Notes: generated by a model from the sequence alone, not told the origin. Shown: positions 29,105 to 39,147, counted from the first letter of the stretch. The stretch: 64,000 nucleotides of DNA from Faecousia sp. (GCA_045580345.1 JAZNNO010000026.1:13562-77561); one strand, 5' to 3'. Translations and numbers: made by a program.

Positions 29105-29873
29105 AGTAATCCACCCTTTCCGCCTTGCGGCACAGGCCGGTTTGGCTGTCAATGGTAAATAGGACCGCTTCCATTTTGGTAGGGCCGCCTGCCCAGCGGT
29201 AACGCTCCGGCAAATCCCCACGGAATTTGGCGATAGACAGGTTCGGCTGAATGCCCAGCACGGAGATCTTCGGTCCGGTCATTCCCAAGTCGGTCACATA
29301 GCCCGTGCCCTGGGGAAGCACCTGGGCATCGGCGGTGGGAACATGGGTGTGGGTGCCCCATAGGGCACTGACCCGTCCGTCCAGCATATAGCCCATAGCT
29401 AATTTTTCAGAGGTCGCCTCTGCGTGCAGCTCCACCAAAATGATCTTGGTATCGATGTCCTTCAGTATCCTTTCAATCTCCAGGAAGGGATTGTCCGGGG
29501 TGTAATCCATATTCACCCGGCCCTGCAGGTCAATGACCGCCACCGGGCCGATGGAGGTTTCATAAATTCCATAGCCCCGGCCGGGAGCCTGGGGGGCATA
29601 GTTGGCGGGGCGCAGGATCCGGGAGGCGTCCTCCATATAGTCTACGATCTCCCGCTTGGCATAGGTATGGTTGCCCATGGTGATCACATCAGCGCCGGCA
29701 TCCAAAATGTCTTCTGCCTGGTTGGGGGTAATGCCCACAACGCTGGCGTTCTCGCCATTGACCACCACAAAATCCGCGCCGGTCTTTTTCTTCATCCAAC
29801 GCAGGCTCTTGCAGACCCGATCCATACCCGGGCCGCCAACCACATCTCCCACTGCCAAAACCTTAAAATCCAT
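29082..29873 (-). CDS. ymdB: YmdB-family metallophosphoesterase
   Basis: GDVVG, NGENA, TMGNH, HAEATSEK, GTHTHV, TDLGMTGP. Confidence 0.9.
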   Translation of the reverse strand: MDFKVLAVGDVVGGPGMDRVCKSLRWMKKKTGADFVVVNGENASVVGITPNQAEDILDAGADVITMGNHTYAKREIVDYMEDASRILRPANYAPQAPGRGYGIYETSIGPVAVIDLQGRVNMDYTPDNPFLEIERILKDIDTKIILVELHAEATSEKLAMGYMLDGRVSALWGTHTHVPTADAQVLPQGTGYVTDLGMTGPKISVLGIQPNLSIAKFRGDLPERYRWAGGPTKMEAVLFTIDSQTGLCRKAERVDYYEDSAHG

Positions 29874-29997
29874 AATAAAACTCGCATTCTAATAGTATGA
29901 TTTGTATAGTATACACTAAAAAGCAGCACAAAGCAAGTATTCGATAAAAAAATATTGAAAAAGATTGGGCGTGTTCCCAAGAACACGCCCAAGTCTA

Positions 29998-31323
29998 TTA
30001 AAATGCTACTTTTTTGATCAGTGCCACTGCGCACAGGATCAGTGCGCACAGCACATAGGCCCAGCGGCCCATATTGTACCACAGCTTGCCGTGGGGTTTG
30101 ACAACGCCCTTGTTGATCTCCCCAAGCAGCTGGTCTTTCTTCATAATCCAGAACCAGGAGATTGCACCCAAAGTTGCGCCAATGGGGATGATGTAAATGG
30201 ACACGATATCCATCCAGGGGCCCCACTTGTGAATGGGCTCCATAAACAGGCCCACACCCAGGCAGATCGCGCTGACCAGCAGCAACGCAAGCTTCCGGTT
30301 TACCTTGGGGAAGCGGTTTTCCACGGACTCACCCACAGCCTCAAACATATTCTGCAGAGAGCTAATACCGGCAAAGACCATTGCGGTATACAGGAAGATG
30401 GCAAACAGCCGGCCCAGAGGGATATCCTGCAGGATCTTGGGCAAGGTGACAAACAGCAAGGAAGGGCCTGCGCCCACATTCAGGCCATAGGCAAAGCAGG
30501 CAGGAATGATAACCAGCGCCGCAACCAAGGCTGCAACAGTATCCAAAACAGCGGTCCGCACTGCCATCTTCACCACATCGGCCTTTTCATCCAGGTAAGC
30601 ACCATAAACGATCATACCGCTGCCGGTAACGGACAGGGAGAAAAAGGCCTGTCCCATTGCCCAAACCCAAACCATGGGGTCTTTCAATGCTTCCCAGCGG
30701 AAGGTGAACATAAACTGATAGCCCTTTGCTGCGCCGGGCAGGAATGCCACCCGCACCGCCAGGATCAAAAACACGATGAAGAACACGGGCATCATGACCT
30801 TATTGCTTCGCTCGATGCTCTTTGCGCCCAAAAGCAGGGTCAGCGCTGCGCCCACCACCACGATGATATGGAAAGGTACAACGGACATATCTGCGCCGGA
30901 GAAGCCCTCAAACCAAGCGCCGGTATCCACGTGCATCAGCTCACCGGTAATGGATGAGAAAAAGGCCTTCAGCACATAGGCGATGATGACCGCATAGCCG
31001 ATGGCGATGCACAACGAACCTGCCAGGGGCAGCGTACCCAACAAACCGCCGGCTTTGCCCATGGTCTTGCCACGGGTTGCCCAGGCTTCTTTATAAGCAC
31101 CCAAAGTACCGGTTTTGGCACGGCGGCCGATGGCATACTCAGCAGACAGACCAACTGCGCTGAACAGCGCCACAAAAATCAGATACGCTACCAAAAAAGC
31201 GCCACCGCCATTGGCACCCATCTTTGCAGGAAATCCCCACACATTGGCCATACCCACGGCAGAACCCACAGCCGAGAGGATAAATCCCCAACGGCTGCCA
31301 AACTGTCTTTTCTTACCTTCCAT
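29998..31323 (-). CDS. Sodium-dependent transporter (NSS/SNF family)
   Basis: GSAVGMANVWGFP..NGGGAFL, GQAFFSLS, GPSLLFVTLP. Confidence 0.92.
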   Translation of the reverse strand: MEGKKRQFGSRWGFILSAVGSAVGMANVWGFPAKMGANGGGAFLVAYLIFVALFSAVGLSAEYAIGRRAKTGTLGAYKEAWATRGKTMGKAGGLLGTLPLAGSLCIAIGYAVIIAYVLKAFFSSITGELMHVDTGAWFEGFSGADMSVVPFHIIVVVGAALTLLLGAKSIERSNKVMMPVFFIVFLILAVRVAFLPGAAKGYQFMFTFRWEALKDPMVWVWAMGQAFFSLSVTGSGMIVYGAYLDEKADVVKMAVRTAVLDTVAALVAALVIIPACFAYGLNVGAGPSLLFVTLPKILQDIPLGRLFAIFLYTAMVFAGISSLQNMFEAVGESVENRFPKVNRKLALLLVSAICLGVGLFMEPIHKWGPWMDIVSIYIIPIGATLGAISWFWIMKKDQLLGEINKGVVKPHGKLWYNMGRWAYVLCALILCAVALIKKVAF

Positions 31324-31456
31324 AGTAACCTCCATTGTTGGCAAAAACCCTTGAAAAATCCCATTTTTCGCCATTTCGTTATCCGCTTTAGTTTACTATG
31401 AGAAAGTGGTTTTGTCAAGCAAAACCCCCTGCGCAAAAGAATGTGGAAACCTAATT

Positions 31457-31534
31457 GTAGGGGAGGCATAGCATGCCTCCCGAACTTACCGCAAGCAATT
31501 TCGTTTTACGGGAGGGATAATATCCCTCCCCTAC
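31457..31534. repeat. REP doublet (REPIN-like), GTAG family
   Basis: GTAGGGGAGGCATAGCATGCCTCCCG ... CGGGAGGGATAATATCCCTCCCCTAC; shares spacer word CCGCAAG with the 23299 copy. Confidence 0.8.
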
Positions 31535-31548
31535 GAGAGCAATGTCTG

Positions 31549-31579
31549 AACAACGCCCCCTCGTTGAGGGGGCGTTGTT
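31549..31579 (-). terminator. Hairpin at the 3' end of the XRE gene
   Basis: AACAACGCCCCCTC-GTT-GAGGGGGCGTTGTT. Confidence 0.65.
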
Positions 31580-31805
31580 AACTCTCTTCTTTTTTGGGAG
31601 GGTATGGTTTGCGTTCGTCCGTCAAGTCCATCAAAAAGTCCAGGCTGGTCTTGTAATACTGAGCCAGGATGATCAAATTATCCGTAGTGGGAACCATATC
31701 ACCGGATTCGTACTTAGATAGGGTGCTTTGGCTAATACCGGTGTCCATCTGTACCTTTAGCTGGGTGTAGTCCTTTGTTACACGAATCAGTTTGATGTTC
31801 TTCAT
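31578..31805 (-). CDS. XRE-family HTH regulator
   Basis: TQLKVQMDTGISQSTLSKYESG..PTTDNLIILAQYYKTSLDFL; GGAGG upstream of the ATG. Confidence 0.88.
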   Translation of the reverse strand: MKNIKLIRVTKDYTQLKVQMDTGISQSTLSKYESGDMVPTTDNLIILAQYYKTSLDFLMDLTDERKPYPPKKEES

Positions 31806-31852
31806 ACAAGACCTCCCAATGTCAATATATTCAATTATTGCATAATTTAGTC

Positions 31853-31905
31853 TTGACAGACATATTTTGTAGGAATATAATATTCTTGTTCTGAATATTA
31901 TATTC
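31853..31905 (+). promoter_or_regulatory. SigA promoter overlapped by two palindromic operators
   Basis: TTGACA-17-TATAAT; GAATATAATATTC (31873-31885) and GAATATTATATTC (31893-31905). Confidence 0.7.
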
Positions 31906-31929
31906 AACGTAAAAAAGGAGTGTTATATT

Positions 31930-32505
31930 ATGGAAGAAAAAATTCTCATCAGAACAGAGAAAACCACATCTGCTAAAATTTGTGCGACTGCACTAACTTG
32001 CGCCATTATTGCCTTTGCTATTTTAGCTCTCCCTGCAATAGCAACCACCCCTGCAGAATACTTAGTTGAATCAGTTATACTACCCGGTCTTTTACTTGCG
32101 GTTATTGCATTTATTTTGATCTTGACAATTGGAGCATTGCTAAACCAATCTGAACTCACTGTCACCGACAAAAGAGCTTACGGCAAAGCTGCCTTTGGCA
32201 GACGCGTGGACTTGCCCTTAGATTCTATTTCCTCTGTGGGTACGGGTATTTTCAAGTGTTTATCCGTTGCTACCTCCTCCGGACGCATAACTTTTTGGTT
32301 TATTCAAAACCTTGATGAGTTTCATGATGTATTAGCCAAGCTACTGATAGAGCGACAGAGCAAGCCTGAAAAGCCTGTTGAAATCAAGCATGAAATCCCT
32401 CAAAGCAATGCCGATGAACTTAAGAAATACAAGGATCTTTTGGATTCCGGCATCATTACTCAAGAGGAATTTGATGCAAAGAAAAAGCAACTTTTAGGCT
32501 TGTAA
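31930..32505 (+). CDS. Membrane protein with PH-like domain and C-terminal SHOCT domain
   Basis: Two TM helices; ELTVTDKRAYGK..FGRRVDLPLDSIS; ADELKKYKDLLDSGIITQEEFDAKKKQLL. Confidence 0.85.
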   Translation: MEEKILIRTEKTTSAKICATALTCAIIAFAILALPAIATTPAEYLVESVILPGLLLAVIAFILILTIGALLNQSELTVTDKRAYGKAAFGRRVDLPLDSISSVGTGIFKCLSVATSSGRITFWFIQNLDEFHDVLAKLLIERQSKPEKPVEIKHEIPQSNADELKKYKDLLDSGIITQEEFDAKKKQLLGL

Positions 32506-32573
32506 CGCACTATATAAACTTCTAACCAAATTCAACATTAACTATACGCAATTATAGAAAGAAGGTTATTATT

Positions 32574-33059
32574 ATGAAGAAAAGCATTTCTGCTCTGTTT
32601 GCACTGATTTTGACATTGAGTTTGTGCTTGAATTTAACCGCGTGCACTGGCAGTCATAAATTGACTCTTGTTAATTATAAGGATTATTTATCATTCAATA
32701 TAAGTGATAACTATACTTCTCAGTCTGTAGATGTAGGACACTGGGGCTCACAAAGCAGAAAAACAGCTTTATCTTTTACCGTTTGGTCCAACGGTGTCTC
32801 CTCAAACTTCAATTACAACAATGTAACGATTAAAGTCCGCATTTACGGCACCTATGGCATTGCCGATCTGCGTTCTATCAGTGATTCTCCCGATTCCTAT
32901 GAGAATTTTGAACTTTTTGTCAATCTTAACCCTAACATTTCCGGAGCAACTTTAGGCGGAGTAGAGACTGAAAAAATTTCAGGGAACGGCAAAGCAATCG
33001 TAAGCTGCGACTACAGCTATGAAATTGTAAGCATCAGCGGCACAGTTTCACCCGCATAA
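32574..33059 (+). CDS. Hypothetical lipoprotein
   Basis: Signal peptide with LTAC lipobox; AT-rich coding. Confidence 0.7.
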   Translation: MKKSISALFALILTLSLCLNLTACTGSHKLTLVNYKDYLSFNISDNYTSQSVDVGHWGSQSRKTALSFTVWSNGVSSNFNYNNVTIKVRIYGTYGIADLRSISDSPDSYENFELFVNLNPNISGATLGGVETEKISGNGKAIVSCDYSYEIVSISGTVSPA

Positions 33060-33092
33060 AAAACAGGGAACAGCAATCTGTTCCCTGTTTTT
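33058..33092. terminator. Bidirectional terminator
   Basis: AAAAACAGGGAACAG-CAAT-CTGTTCCCTGTTTTT. Confidence 0.88.
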
Positions 33093-33093
33093 A

Positions 33094-34374
33094 TTATCTC
33101 TGATATTCAAACTGGAAGTCGTAGATGTCCACGGTGTCGCCGTCCTGGATACCCATATCCTCCAGGCGCCTGAACAGGCCGCATTTACGCAGCTGTACAT
33201 CGAAATAGTTCCGGGATTCGTAATCGTCGAAATTGATGTTCATGATCAGCCGCTCCAGCCAAGTGCCGGTGATGAGCCAGGTGCTGCCGTAGTGCTCGAT
33301 CTCCAATTCCTTGGGATCGCCGGCAGATTCGATGACCTCCACATACTCCGGTTCGTAAATGGTCACCGGAGGCAATGTGCGGAGCTTTTCTGCCACCACA
33401 CGCATCAGATTCCGGGTGCCCTGGGTGGTACCGGCAGATATCTCATACAGTTCGCAGCCCTTTTCTTCCACGTGCTTACGCAGCCGCTCCAAATTGTCGG
33501 ATTCCGGCATCAGCAGGTCGCACTTATTGGCCGCCACGATCATGGGCCGATTACTTAGATCCACAGAGTAATTGGCCAGCTCCTCACAGATGGCATCGAA
33601 GTCCTCCACGGGATCTCTGTCCTCGCAGCCGGACACGTCTACCACATGAACCAGCAGCCGGCAGCGGTCGATATGGCGCAGGAAGTCATGGCCCAGGCCT
33701 GCGCCGTCAGCCGCGCCCTCGATAATACCGGGGATATCCGCCATAACGAAGGACACACCCTCGTCCACATAGATCACGCCCAAATTGGGGTACAGGGTGG
33801 TAAAGTGGTAATTGGCGATCTTGGGCCGGGCATTGGAAGTGACAGAAAGGAGCGTGGATTTACCCACATTGGGGAAGCCCACCAGGCCCACATCTGCCAA
33901 CAGCTTCAGCTCCAAGATCACATCCCGCTCCTGGCCGGGCAGGCCTGCCTTGGCAAACCTCGGAACCTGCCGGGTGGGGGTTGCATAATGGCCGTTACCC
34001 CAGCCGCCCCGGCCACCCTTGGCAAGAATGAAATCCTCGCCGGTGGACATATCCACGATCACAGCGCCACTCTCGGCATCCCGTACCACAGTGCCCCGGG
34101 GCACTTGAATGATCAAGGGCTCTCCCCGCTTGCCGCTCATATTCCGGCCCTGTCCGTTCTGACCGGACTGAGCGGCGTACTTGCGCTTATAGCGAAAGTC
34201 CAGCAGTGTGGACAGGTTGTCATTCACCCGCAGGATCACACTGCCACCGTGACCGCCGTCGCCGCCATCCGGGCCGCCGGCTGCCACATATTTTTCCCGA
34301 TGAAAGGCCACCGCACCGTCGCCGCCGCGTCCGCCGCAGACGGTGATGCGCACCTTATCTACAAACATTTCCAT
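33094..34374 (-). CDS. obgE: GTPase ObgE/CgtA
   Basis: Gly-rich Obg fold FHREKYV..GGPDGGDGG, GFPNVGKST, DIPG, NKCD. Confidence 0.97.
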   Translation of the reverse strand: MEMFVDKVRITVCGGRGGDGAVAFHREKYVAAGGPDGGDGGHGGSVILRVNDNLSTLLDFRYKRKYAAQSGQNGQGRNMSGKRGEPLIIQVPRGTVVRDAESGAVIVDMSTGEDFILAKGGRGGWGNGHYATPTRQVPRFAKAGLPGQERDVILELKLLADVGLVGFPNVGKSTLLSVTSNARPKIANYHFTTLYPNLGVIYVDEGVSFVMADIPGIIEGAADGAGLGHDFLRHIDRCRLLVHVVDVSGCEDRDPVEDFDAICEELANYSVDLSNRPMIVAANKCDLLMPESDNLERLRKHVEEKGCELYEISAGTTQGTRNLMRVVAEKLRTLPPVTIYEPEYVEVIESAGDPKELEIEHYGSTWLITGTWLERLIMNINFDDYESRNYFDVQLRKCGLFRRLEDMGIQDGDTVDIYDFQFEYQR

Positions 34375-34401
34375 ATTGAAAAACCTCCTTTTCGGAACGG
34401 T

Positions 34402-35658
34402 TTAAGCTTTTGTTTTCTTTCGGCTTGCTGTCAATTTTTGATAAGCAAACACAAAACCAGCGCTGATGGCCACCATCAGGATGCCATCCGTTATAAGGAT
34501 ATGACGGTATGTGCCAAACAAGTCAAAACAGAAATTTGCCAGAGTATTGCCAAGCAAAAAGCCGATGCTATTTGCTGCAGTAAAAATACCCAGCACTTTG
34601 CTATAGTCCTCGTTCCGGAACATATCTCCCGCCATCAGCGGAAGCAGTACTGTCTGCAAAGGCAATGCCAAACCGGCAAATACCGCATAGGTCATTGCAA
34701 TCACTTTACCCATTGCAGAGCCGGACACCACGCAAAGCAGGACCACCATTATAAGAGCTGCCCCATTGCAGGTCAAAACCGCAAAGCGCAGACCTTTTTT
34801 ATCGCTGACAGCGCCTATCAGGAATTTGGATGCCGCCAGCATCAGAGAATACACACTGGTGACCAGGGCAACATAGGTAGGGTCTACCCCCTGGTCCTTC
34901 ATATGGGCCGCTGACACACCTGCGCTGCTGGCAAGCACCATACCTGTGAGGATCAAGCAGGCGCAAATAATATAAAAATAGGGTTTTACAGCTCTGTCCG
35001 CATAAGCATTGCCTTTCCAGGCGCGGGTCTTCTCCAGCTGCTTTCCGGCCACGGGGCGTTTCTTTTCTTCTTTGGGGACATCCCGGAAAAGCAGCACCAG
35101 CACAATACCGGATACCAACAAGATGCCAGCAACGACCCAGTACACCTTCCGATAGCCGAAGACCTCGCCACCGTAGATCACAGAGCTGAACCAGGGCGCA
35201 GAAACCGCTGCACCCAAGGCATTGGCGCTGAGCACCACGCCCAAAACAACGCCTTGATGCTCTGCAAACCACTGCCGGATCACATAGCCAATGATGGTCG
35301 TGCCGGCAAAGGTCAAGCCTACGCCCAAAAGCACGCCGCCGATGTACAGGCCGATCACATTGGTGGCCAGTGCATTGGCAACACAGGACAAAACGAGGGC
35401 AAGCATACCTGCGCCGATCAGCTTTCGCGTGCCGAATTTCAGCGCCAACATTCCGAAGAACATATTCATAACGGCTGTGGAAACATAGCGCAGGCTACTG
35501 CTCACCGCATAGGCGCTGCGGGAAATTCCCAGTGCCTCGGTAGTGGCCACAACAAAGAGCCCCGCATTGCCGCTGCAAAGACCCAGGCCTACCACACACA
35601 GAACAAAACAGGCCGCTGCAATGACCCATTTATATTCCAGTTTTCCCTTTTTCCCCAT
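34402..35658 (-). CDS. MFS transporter
   Basis: About 12 hydrophobic segments; KFGTRK and GAVSDKKGLR motif-A-like loops. Confidence 0.85.
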   Translation of the reverse strand: MGKKGKLEYKWVIAAACFVLCVVGLGLCSGNAGLFVVATTEALGISRSAYAVSSSLRYVSTAVMNMFFGMLALKFGTRKLIGAGMLALVLSCVANALATNVIGLYIGGVLLGVGLTFAGTTIIGYVIRQWFAEHQGVVLGVVLSANALGAAVSAPWFSSVIYGGEVFGYRKVYWVVAGILLVSGIVLVLLFRDVPKEEKKRPVAGKQLEKTRAWKGNAYADRAVKPYFYIICACLILTGMVLASSAGVSAAHMKDQGVDPTYVALVTSVYSLMLAASKFLIGAVSDKKGLRFAVLTCNGAALIMVVLLCVVSGSAMGKVIAMTYAVFAGLALPLQTVLLPLMAGDMFRNEDYSKVLGIFTAANSIGFLLGNTLANFCFDLFGTYRHILITDGILMVAISAGFVFAYQKLTASRKKTKA

Positions 35659-35682
35659 TGTTATCAATCCTCGCGCACAGAG

Positions 35683-35712
35683 AAAAAGGCTGTCGCAATG
35701 CGCGACAGCCCC
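35683..35712 (-). terminator. Intrinsic terminator after rpmA
   Basis: Minus strand GGCTGTCGC-GCATT-GCGACAGCC-TTTTT. Confidence 0.75.
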
Positions 35713-35721
35713 TCATTTCCA

Positions 35722-36006
35722 TTACTGCTCAGCAGCGTACACAGAGCACTGCCGGCGATCCTTGCCCTTGCGCTCGAAACGGACAGTGCCGTCAACCAGA
35801 GCGAACAGGGTATCATCACTGCCGATGCCCACATTGACACCGGGGTGGATATGGGTGCCTCTCTGGCGAACCAGAATGTTGCCAGCCAGAACGAACTGAC
35901 CGTCAGCACGCTTTACGCCCAGGCGCTTTGCCTCAGAATCACGGCCGTTCTTAGTAGAACCACCGCCCTTATGGTGAGCAAAGTACTGAATACCAATCTT
36001 CAGCAT
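35722..36006 (-). CDS. rpmA: 50S ribosomal protein L27 with Prp-cleaved N-terminal extension
   Basis: MLKIGIQYF|[23 protein letters not shown]. Confidence 0.97.
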   Translation of the reverse strand: MLKIGIQYFAHHKGGGSTKNGRDSEAKRLGVKRADGQFVLAGNILVRQRGTHIHPGVNVGIGSDDTLFALVDGTVRFERKGKDRRQCSVYAAEQ

Positions 36007-36010
36007 AGTA

Positions 36011-36334
36011 TTACACCTCCAAAACTTCGATAAAATCCGGATATTCATCCCGCATATTGCACAGAGTCAGCAGCATGCCGGCGAGTACTGCCTGGACACT
36101 TTCTTCCTCATCGCAAGCGGCGGGGAGGGTCAGGGTGATGCGCGCATCCTCTTCCTTGACCCGGACCTTGGCCTTTGCGCCGCACACATCATTGATTGTG
36201 GCTTCAGCCATGGTCACAATAGCGGAGATGGCGGCACAGACGATATCTTTGCCATTTTCAGCATATCCGCTATGACCCGAGATCGAGAATCCTGTGATTC
36301 TGTCTTCCTCGGTAAAAAACTCGCATTTTGTCAT
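36011..36334 (-). CDS. prp: Ribosomal-processing cysteine protease Prp
   Basis: [16 protein letters not shown]; lies between rplU and rpmA. Confidence 0.92.
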   Translation of the reverse strand: MTKCEFFTEEDRITGFSISGHSGYAENGKDIVCAAISAIVTMAEATINDVCGAKAKVRVKEEDARITLTLPAACDEEESVQAVLAGMLLTLCNMRDEYPDFIEVLEV

Positions 36335-36336
36335 AA

Positions 36337-36648
36337 TTACAGTGCGATCTTGGTGATTTCCACCTTGGTGTAGGGCTGACGATGGCCCTGCTTCTTCTTC
36401 TCGTTCTTCTTGGCCTTGTACTTGAAGACAGTGATCTTCTTGGCCTTGCCGTTCTTGATGGCCTTAGCCTCAACGGTTGCGCCCTCCACAACGGGAGCGC
36501 CGATCTTGGAGTTCTCGCCGTCCAGGATAGCCAGGACCTTGTCGAACTTCACGGTAGCCTCAGCTTCTACCTCCAGCTTCTCGATGTACAGAACATCGCC
36601 CTCAGCTACGGTATACTGCTTGCCACCGGTCACGATAACAGCTTTCAT
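36337..36648 (-). CDS. rplU: 50S ribosomal protein L21
   Basis: [19 protein letters not shown]. Confidence 0.97.
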   Translation of the reverse strand: MKAVIVTGGKQYTVAEGDVLYIEKLEVEAEATVKFDKVLAILDGENSKIGAPVVEGATVEAKAIKNGKAKKITVFKYKAKKNEKKKQGHRQPYTKVEITKIAL

Positions 36649-36673
36649 TTCTTTTTCACCTACTTTATTATTT

Positions 36674-36740
36674 GCAGACTCGCTCTAAAGGCGGGTGCAT
36701 TTTGGGCGCACCAACTTAAGCCTCTTCAATGCGGCTTGAC
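36674..36740 (-). ncRNA. L21 ribosomal protein leader
   Basis: 5' UTR after TTGACT-17-TAAAAT: GCCGCA..AGAGGC..GGTGC..GCACC..GCCTTT..GCGAGTC, resembling the L21 leader in position and terminal words. Confidence 0.6.
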
Positions 36741-36806
36741 TATTTTAGCAGAGGTTTTCCGGAAAGTCAAGGACTTTTTCACCCTTTTTCTTCCTATTTT
36801 AAGGAT

Positions 36807-37688
36807 TTACACCACTCTTGCGCCCTCAAAGTCGATATGCAGGGGCATAATGGTCCAATCGTGGGTGGTAATGGTGGGAAGCTTGGCCTCCAGCTTTTCC
36901 CGGATGGCCTTATTGCGGGTGATGCACAGGAGCGTAGGACCTGCGCCACTCAGGCAGAAGCCAACGCCATAGGTACGAGCCAAACTTTCGATGGCTTCAT
37001 AGTCGGCAACCAGGCTCTTTCGGTAGGGCTGATGGAGCTTGTCCCGCATGGCATTGTGCAAAAGCTTTTCATCGCCCAACTCCAAAGCTTTCAGCACCAT
37101 AGCGCCGTGGGAGATGTTATAAATGGCATCTGCCCGGCTCACCTGCTCCGGCAAAACCGCTCTTGCCTTCACCGTAGGCAAGGTAAAGTCGGGAACCAGC
37201 GCCAAAATCTCCCACTCGGGATGAAGCGGAAAGCTCACTGCCACAGGCAGGCCGTTATCCACCATGGCAGCGGTCAGCCCGCCAAAGAAAGCAGGCGCTA
37301 AGTTATCCGGGTGACCTTCCATAGCGTTGGTGATATTCAGCAGGCCCTGGGTGGACAGGCGGTTACCCCGCAGCACATTGGCACCCATTGCGCCTGCCAC
37401 CAGCAAGGCGGCAGAAGAACCCAGGCCACGGCAAATGGGAATATGGGCATCGATATGGATCTTCACGCCCCGGATCTCCTCGCTGAGAGAAGACAAAACA
37501 GCGCAGTAGGACACATAGGCCAAATTGTCCGGGCCGGTAAATTCCTCATCGCAGCCGGTGATCTCCAGGCCGCATTCCGTTTCCTCAAAGGTCACATCGG
37601 TATAAAGCTGCAGAGCACAGCCGAAAGCGTCAAAGCCCGGGCCCATATTTGCGGTGGTAGCCGGGACACGAATCGTTACACTGCCCAT
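36807..37688 (-). CDS. thrB: Homoserine kinase
   Basis: VPATTANMGPGFD, PICRGLGSSAA, EGHPDN, SGAGPT. Confidence 0.95.
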   Translation of the reverse strand: MGSVTIRVPATTANMGPGFDAFGCALQLYTDVTFEETECGLEITGCDEEFTGPDNLAYVSYCAVLSSLSEEIRGVKIHIDAHIPICRGLGSSAALLVAGAMGANVLRGNRLSTQGLLNITNAMEGHPDNLAPAFFGGLTAAMVDNGLPVAVSFPLHPEWEILALVPDFTLPTVKARAVLPEQVSRADAIYNISHGAMVLKALELGDEKLLHNAMRDKLHQPYRKSLVADYEAIESLARTYGVGFCLSGAGPTLLCITRNKAIREKLEAKLPTITTHDWTIMPLHIDFEGARVV

Positions 37689-37689
37689 A

Positions 37690-39147
37690 TTACAACCCCA
37701 TCACGAAATCCAGCATAGCGGTCTTCTCGATCACGCCGGTATGGAGTTCTTTTTTCTGCTGCAGGCCGGCCAAATTCTTGGGAATCTCCCAGCCGGTGCG
37801 CTTTTCAAGATAATCCATTTGGGCAAATTCGTCCATTTCCTCTACTTTTTCCAAAGCGGACAGCACTGCTGCCGGGAACTTATAGGCAGAGGCAGTGGAC
37901 AGGACCACCATAGGCCGGTTGTCACCGGTTTGGTTTACATAATCTTCTGCCACAGCCCAGCCGGTAGCGGTGTGGGTATCGCAGAGGTAGTTCTGTTTCT
38001 CAAATACATTCTTGATGGTGGCAAGAGCCTTTTCATCATCACAGAAGCCTGCCCAGAACTCGGACAGAATGGCTTCCTTCAGACTTTCGGGAACAGTATA
38101 CACGCCTTCTGTATTCAGCTGCTTCATCAGCTCAGCGACCAGCGCGGTGTCACCGGACAGGAAGTACAGCAGACGCTCCAAATTGGAGGAAACCAAAATA
38201 TCCATAGAGGGAGATTCGGTCTTGTGCAGGGGGCGGCGGCGGTCATAAGTACCGGTCTGAATGAAGTCGGTGAGGACATTGTTGGCATTGGATGCGCAGA
38301 TCAGCTTGCCAACAGGCAGACCCAGCTTCTTTGCCAGCCAACCGGCTAAGATGTCACCAAAGTTACCGGTGGGAACGCAGAAGTTCACGGTGTCGCCCAT
38401 CTTGATCTGACCCCGATGGAGCAGATCCGCATAGGCCTTGAAATAATAAGTGATCTGAGGGGCCAAACGGCCGATGTTGATGGAGTTTGCCGTAGACAGG
38501 CGGAGCTTGTTGCCGGCAGGCAGGCGGCCATTTTCCGCAGAGGCAAAGATATTCTTCACACCGGTCTGGGCATCGTCGAAATTACCCTTAACAGCGCAAA
38601 CAGCCACATTATTACCCTCCTGGGTCACCATCTGTGCCCGCTGGACAGCAGAAACACCGCCGTCGGGGTAGAACACGCAGATCTTCACGCCGGGCACATC
38701 CGCAAAACCGGCCAGGGCGGCCTTGCCGGTATCACCGGAGGTCGCGGTGAGGATGAGGATATCCTCCTGCATTCCCTTTTCGGTCTTAGCTGCGGTGAGC
38801 AGCTGGGGGAGCATACACAGGGCCACATCCTTAAATGCAGAAGTAGGGCCGCGGAACAGCTCCAGCACAGTAAACTTGCCGGTGTCCACAGTGGGGGTCA
38901 GCTCTTCGGTCTGGAATTTACCCCGGTAAGCTCTGTCCACCAGGGTTTCCATATTGGGGATATCCGGCAGCATTGCGCCGATGATCCGGGCAGCCATGGC
39001 CATGGTATTTTCCTGCAAGGTTGCCTCCACATCGATCTTGGGAAGCTGGGCAGGTACATACAAACCGCCGTCGGGGGCAAGGCCGGAGAGCACCGCCTGG
39101 GCGCTGTCAACGGTAGCTTGATGGTTTCTTGTGGAATGGTATAACAT
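37690..39147 (-). CDS. thrC: Threonine synthase
   Basis: YHSTR, GLAPDGGLY, GPTSAFKD, ATSGDTG, NSINIGR, VPTGNFG. Confidence 0.96.
   Translation of the reverse strand: MLYHSTRNHQATVDSAQAVLSGLAPDGGLYVPAQLPKIDVEATLQENTMAMAARIIGAMLPDIPNMETLVDRAYRGKFQTEELTPTVDTGKFTVLELFRGPTSAFKDVALCMLPQLLTAAKTEKGMQEDILILTATSGDTGKAALAGFADVPGVKICVFYPDGGVSAVQRAQMVTQEGNNVAVCAVKGNFDDAQTGVKNIFASAENGRLPAGNKLRLSTANSINIGRLAPQITYYFKAYADLLHRGQIKMGDTVNFCVPTGNFGDILAGWLAKKLGLPVGKLICASNANNVLTDFIQTGTYDRRRPLHKTESPSMDILVSSNLERLLYFLSGDTALVAELMKQLNTEGVYTVPESLKEAILSEFWAGFCDDEKALATIKNVFEKQNYLCDTHTATGWAVAEDYVNQTGDNRPMVVLSTASAYKFPAAVLSALEKVEEMDEFAQMDYLEKRTGWEIPKNLAGLQQKKELHTGVIEKTAMLDFVMGL

Noticed and set aside
31578-33092. Prophage or integrative element
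   Set aside because: No integrase, att-like direct repeats, tRNA target or structural genes; reported only as an islet
35980-36006. N-terminal extension of L27
   Set aside because: Known Firmicute feature removed by the adjacent Prp protease; not novel
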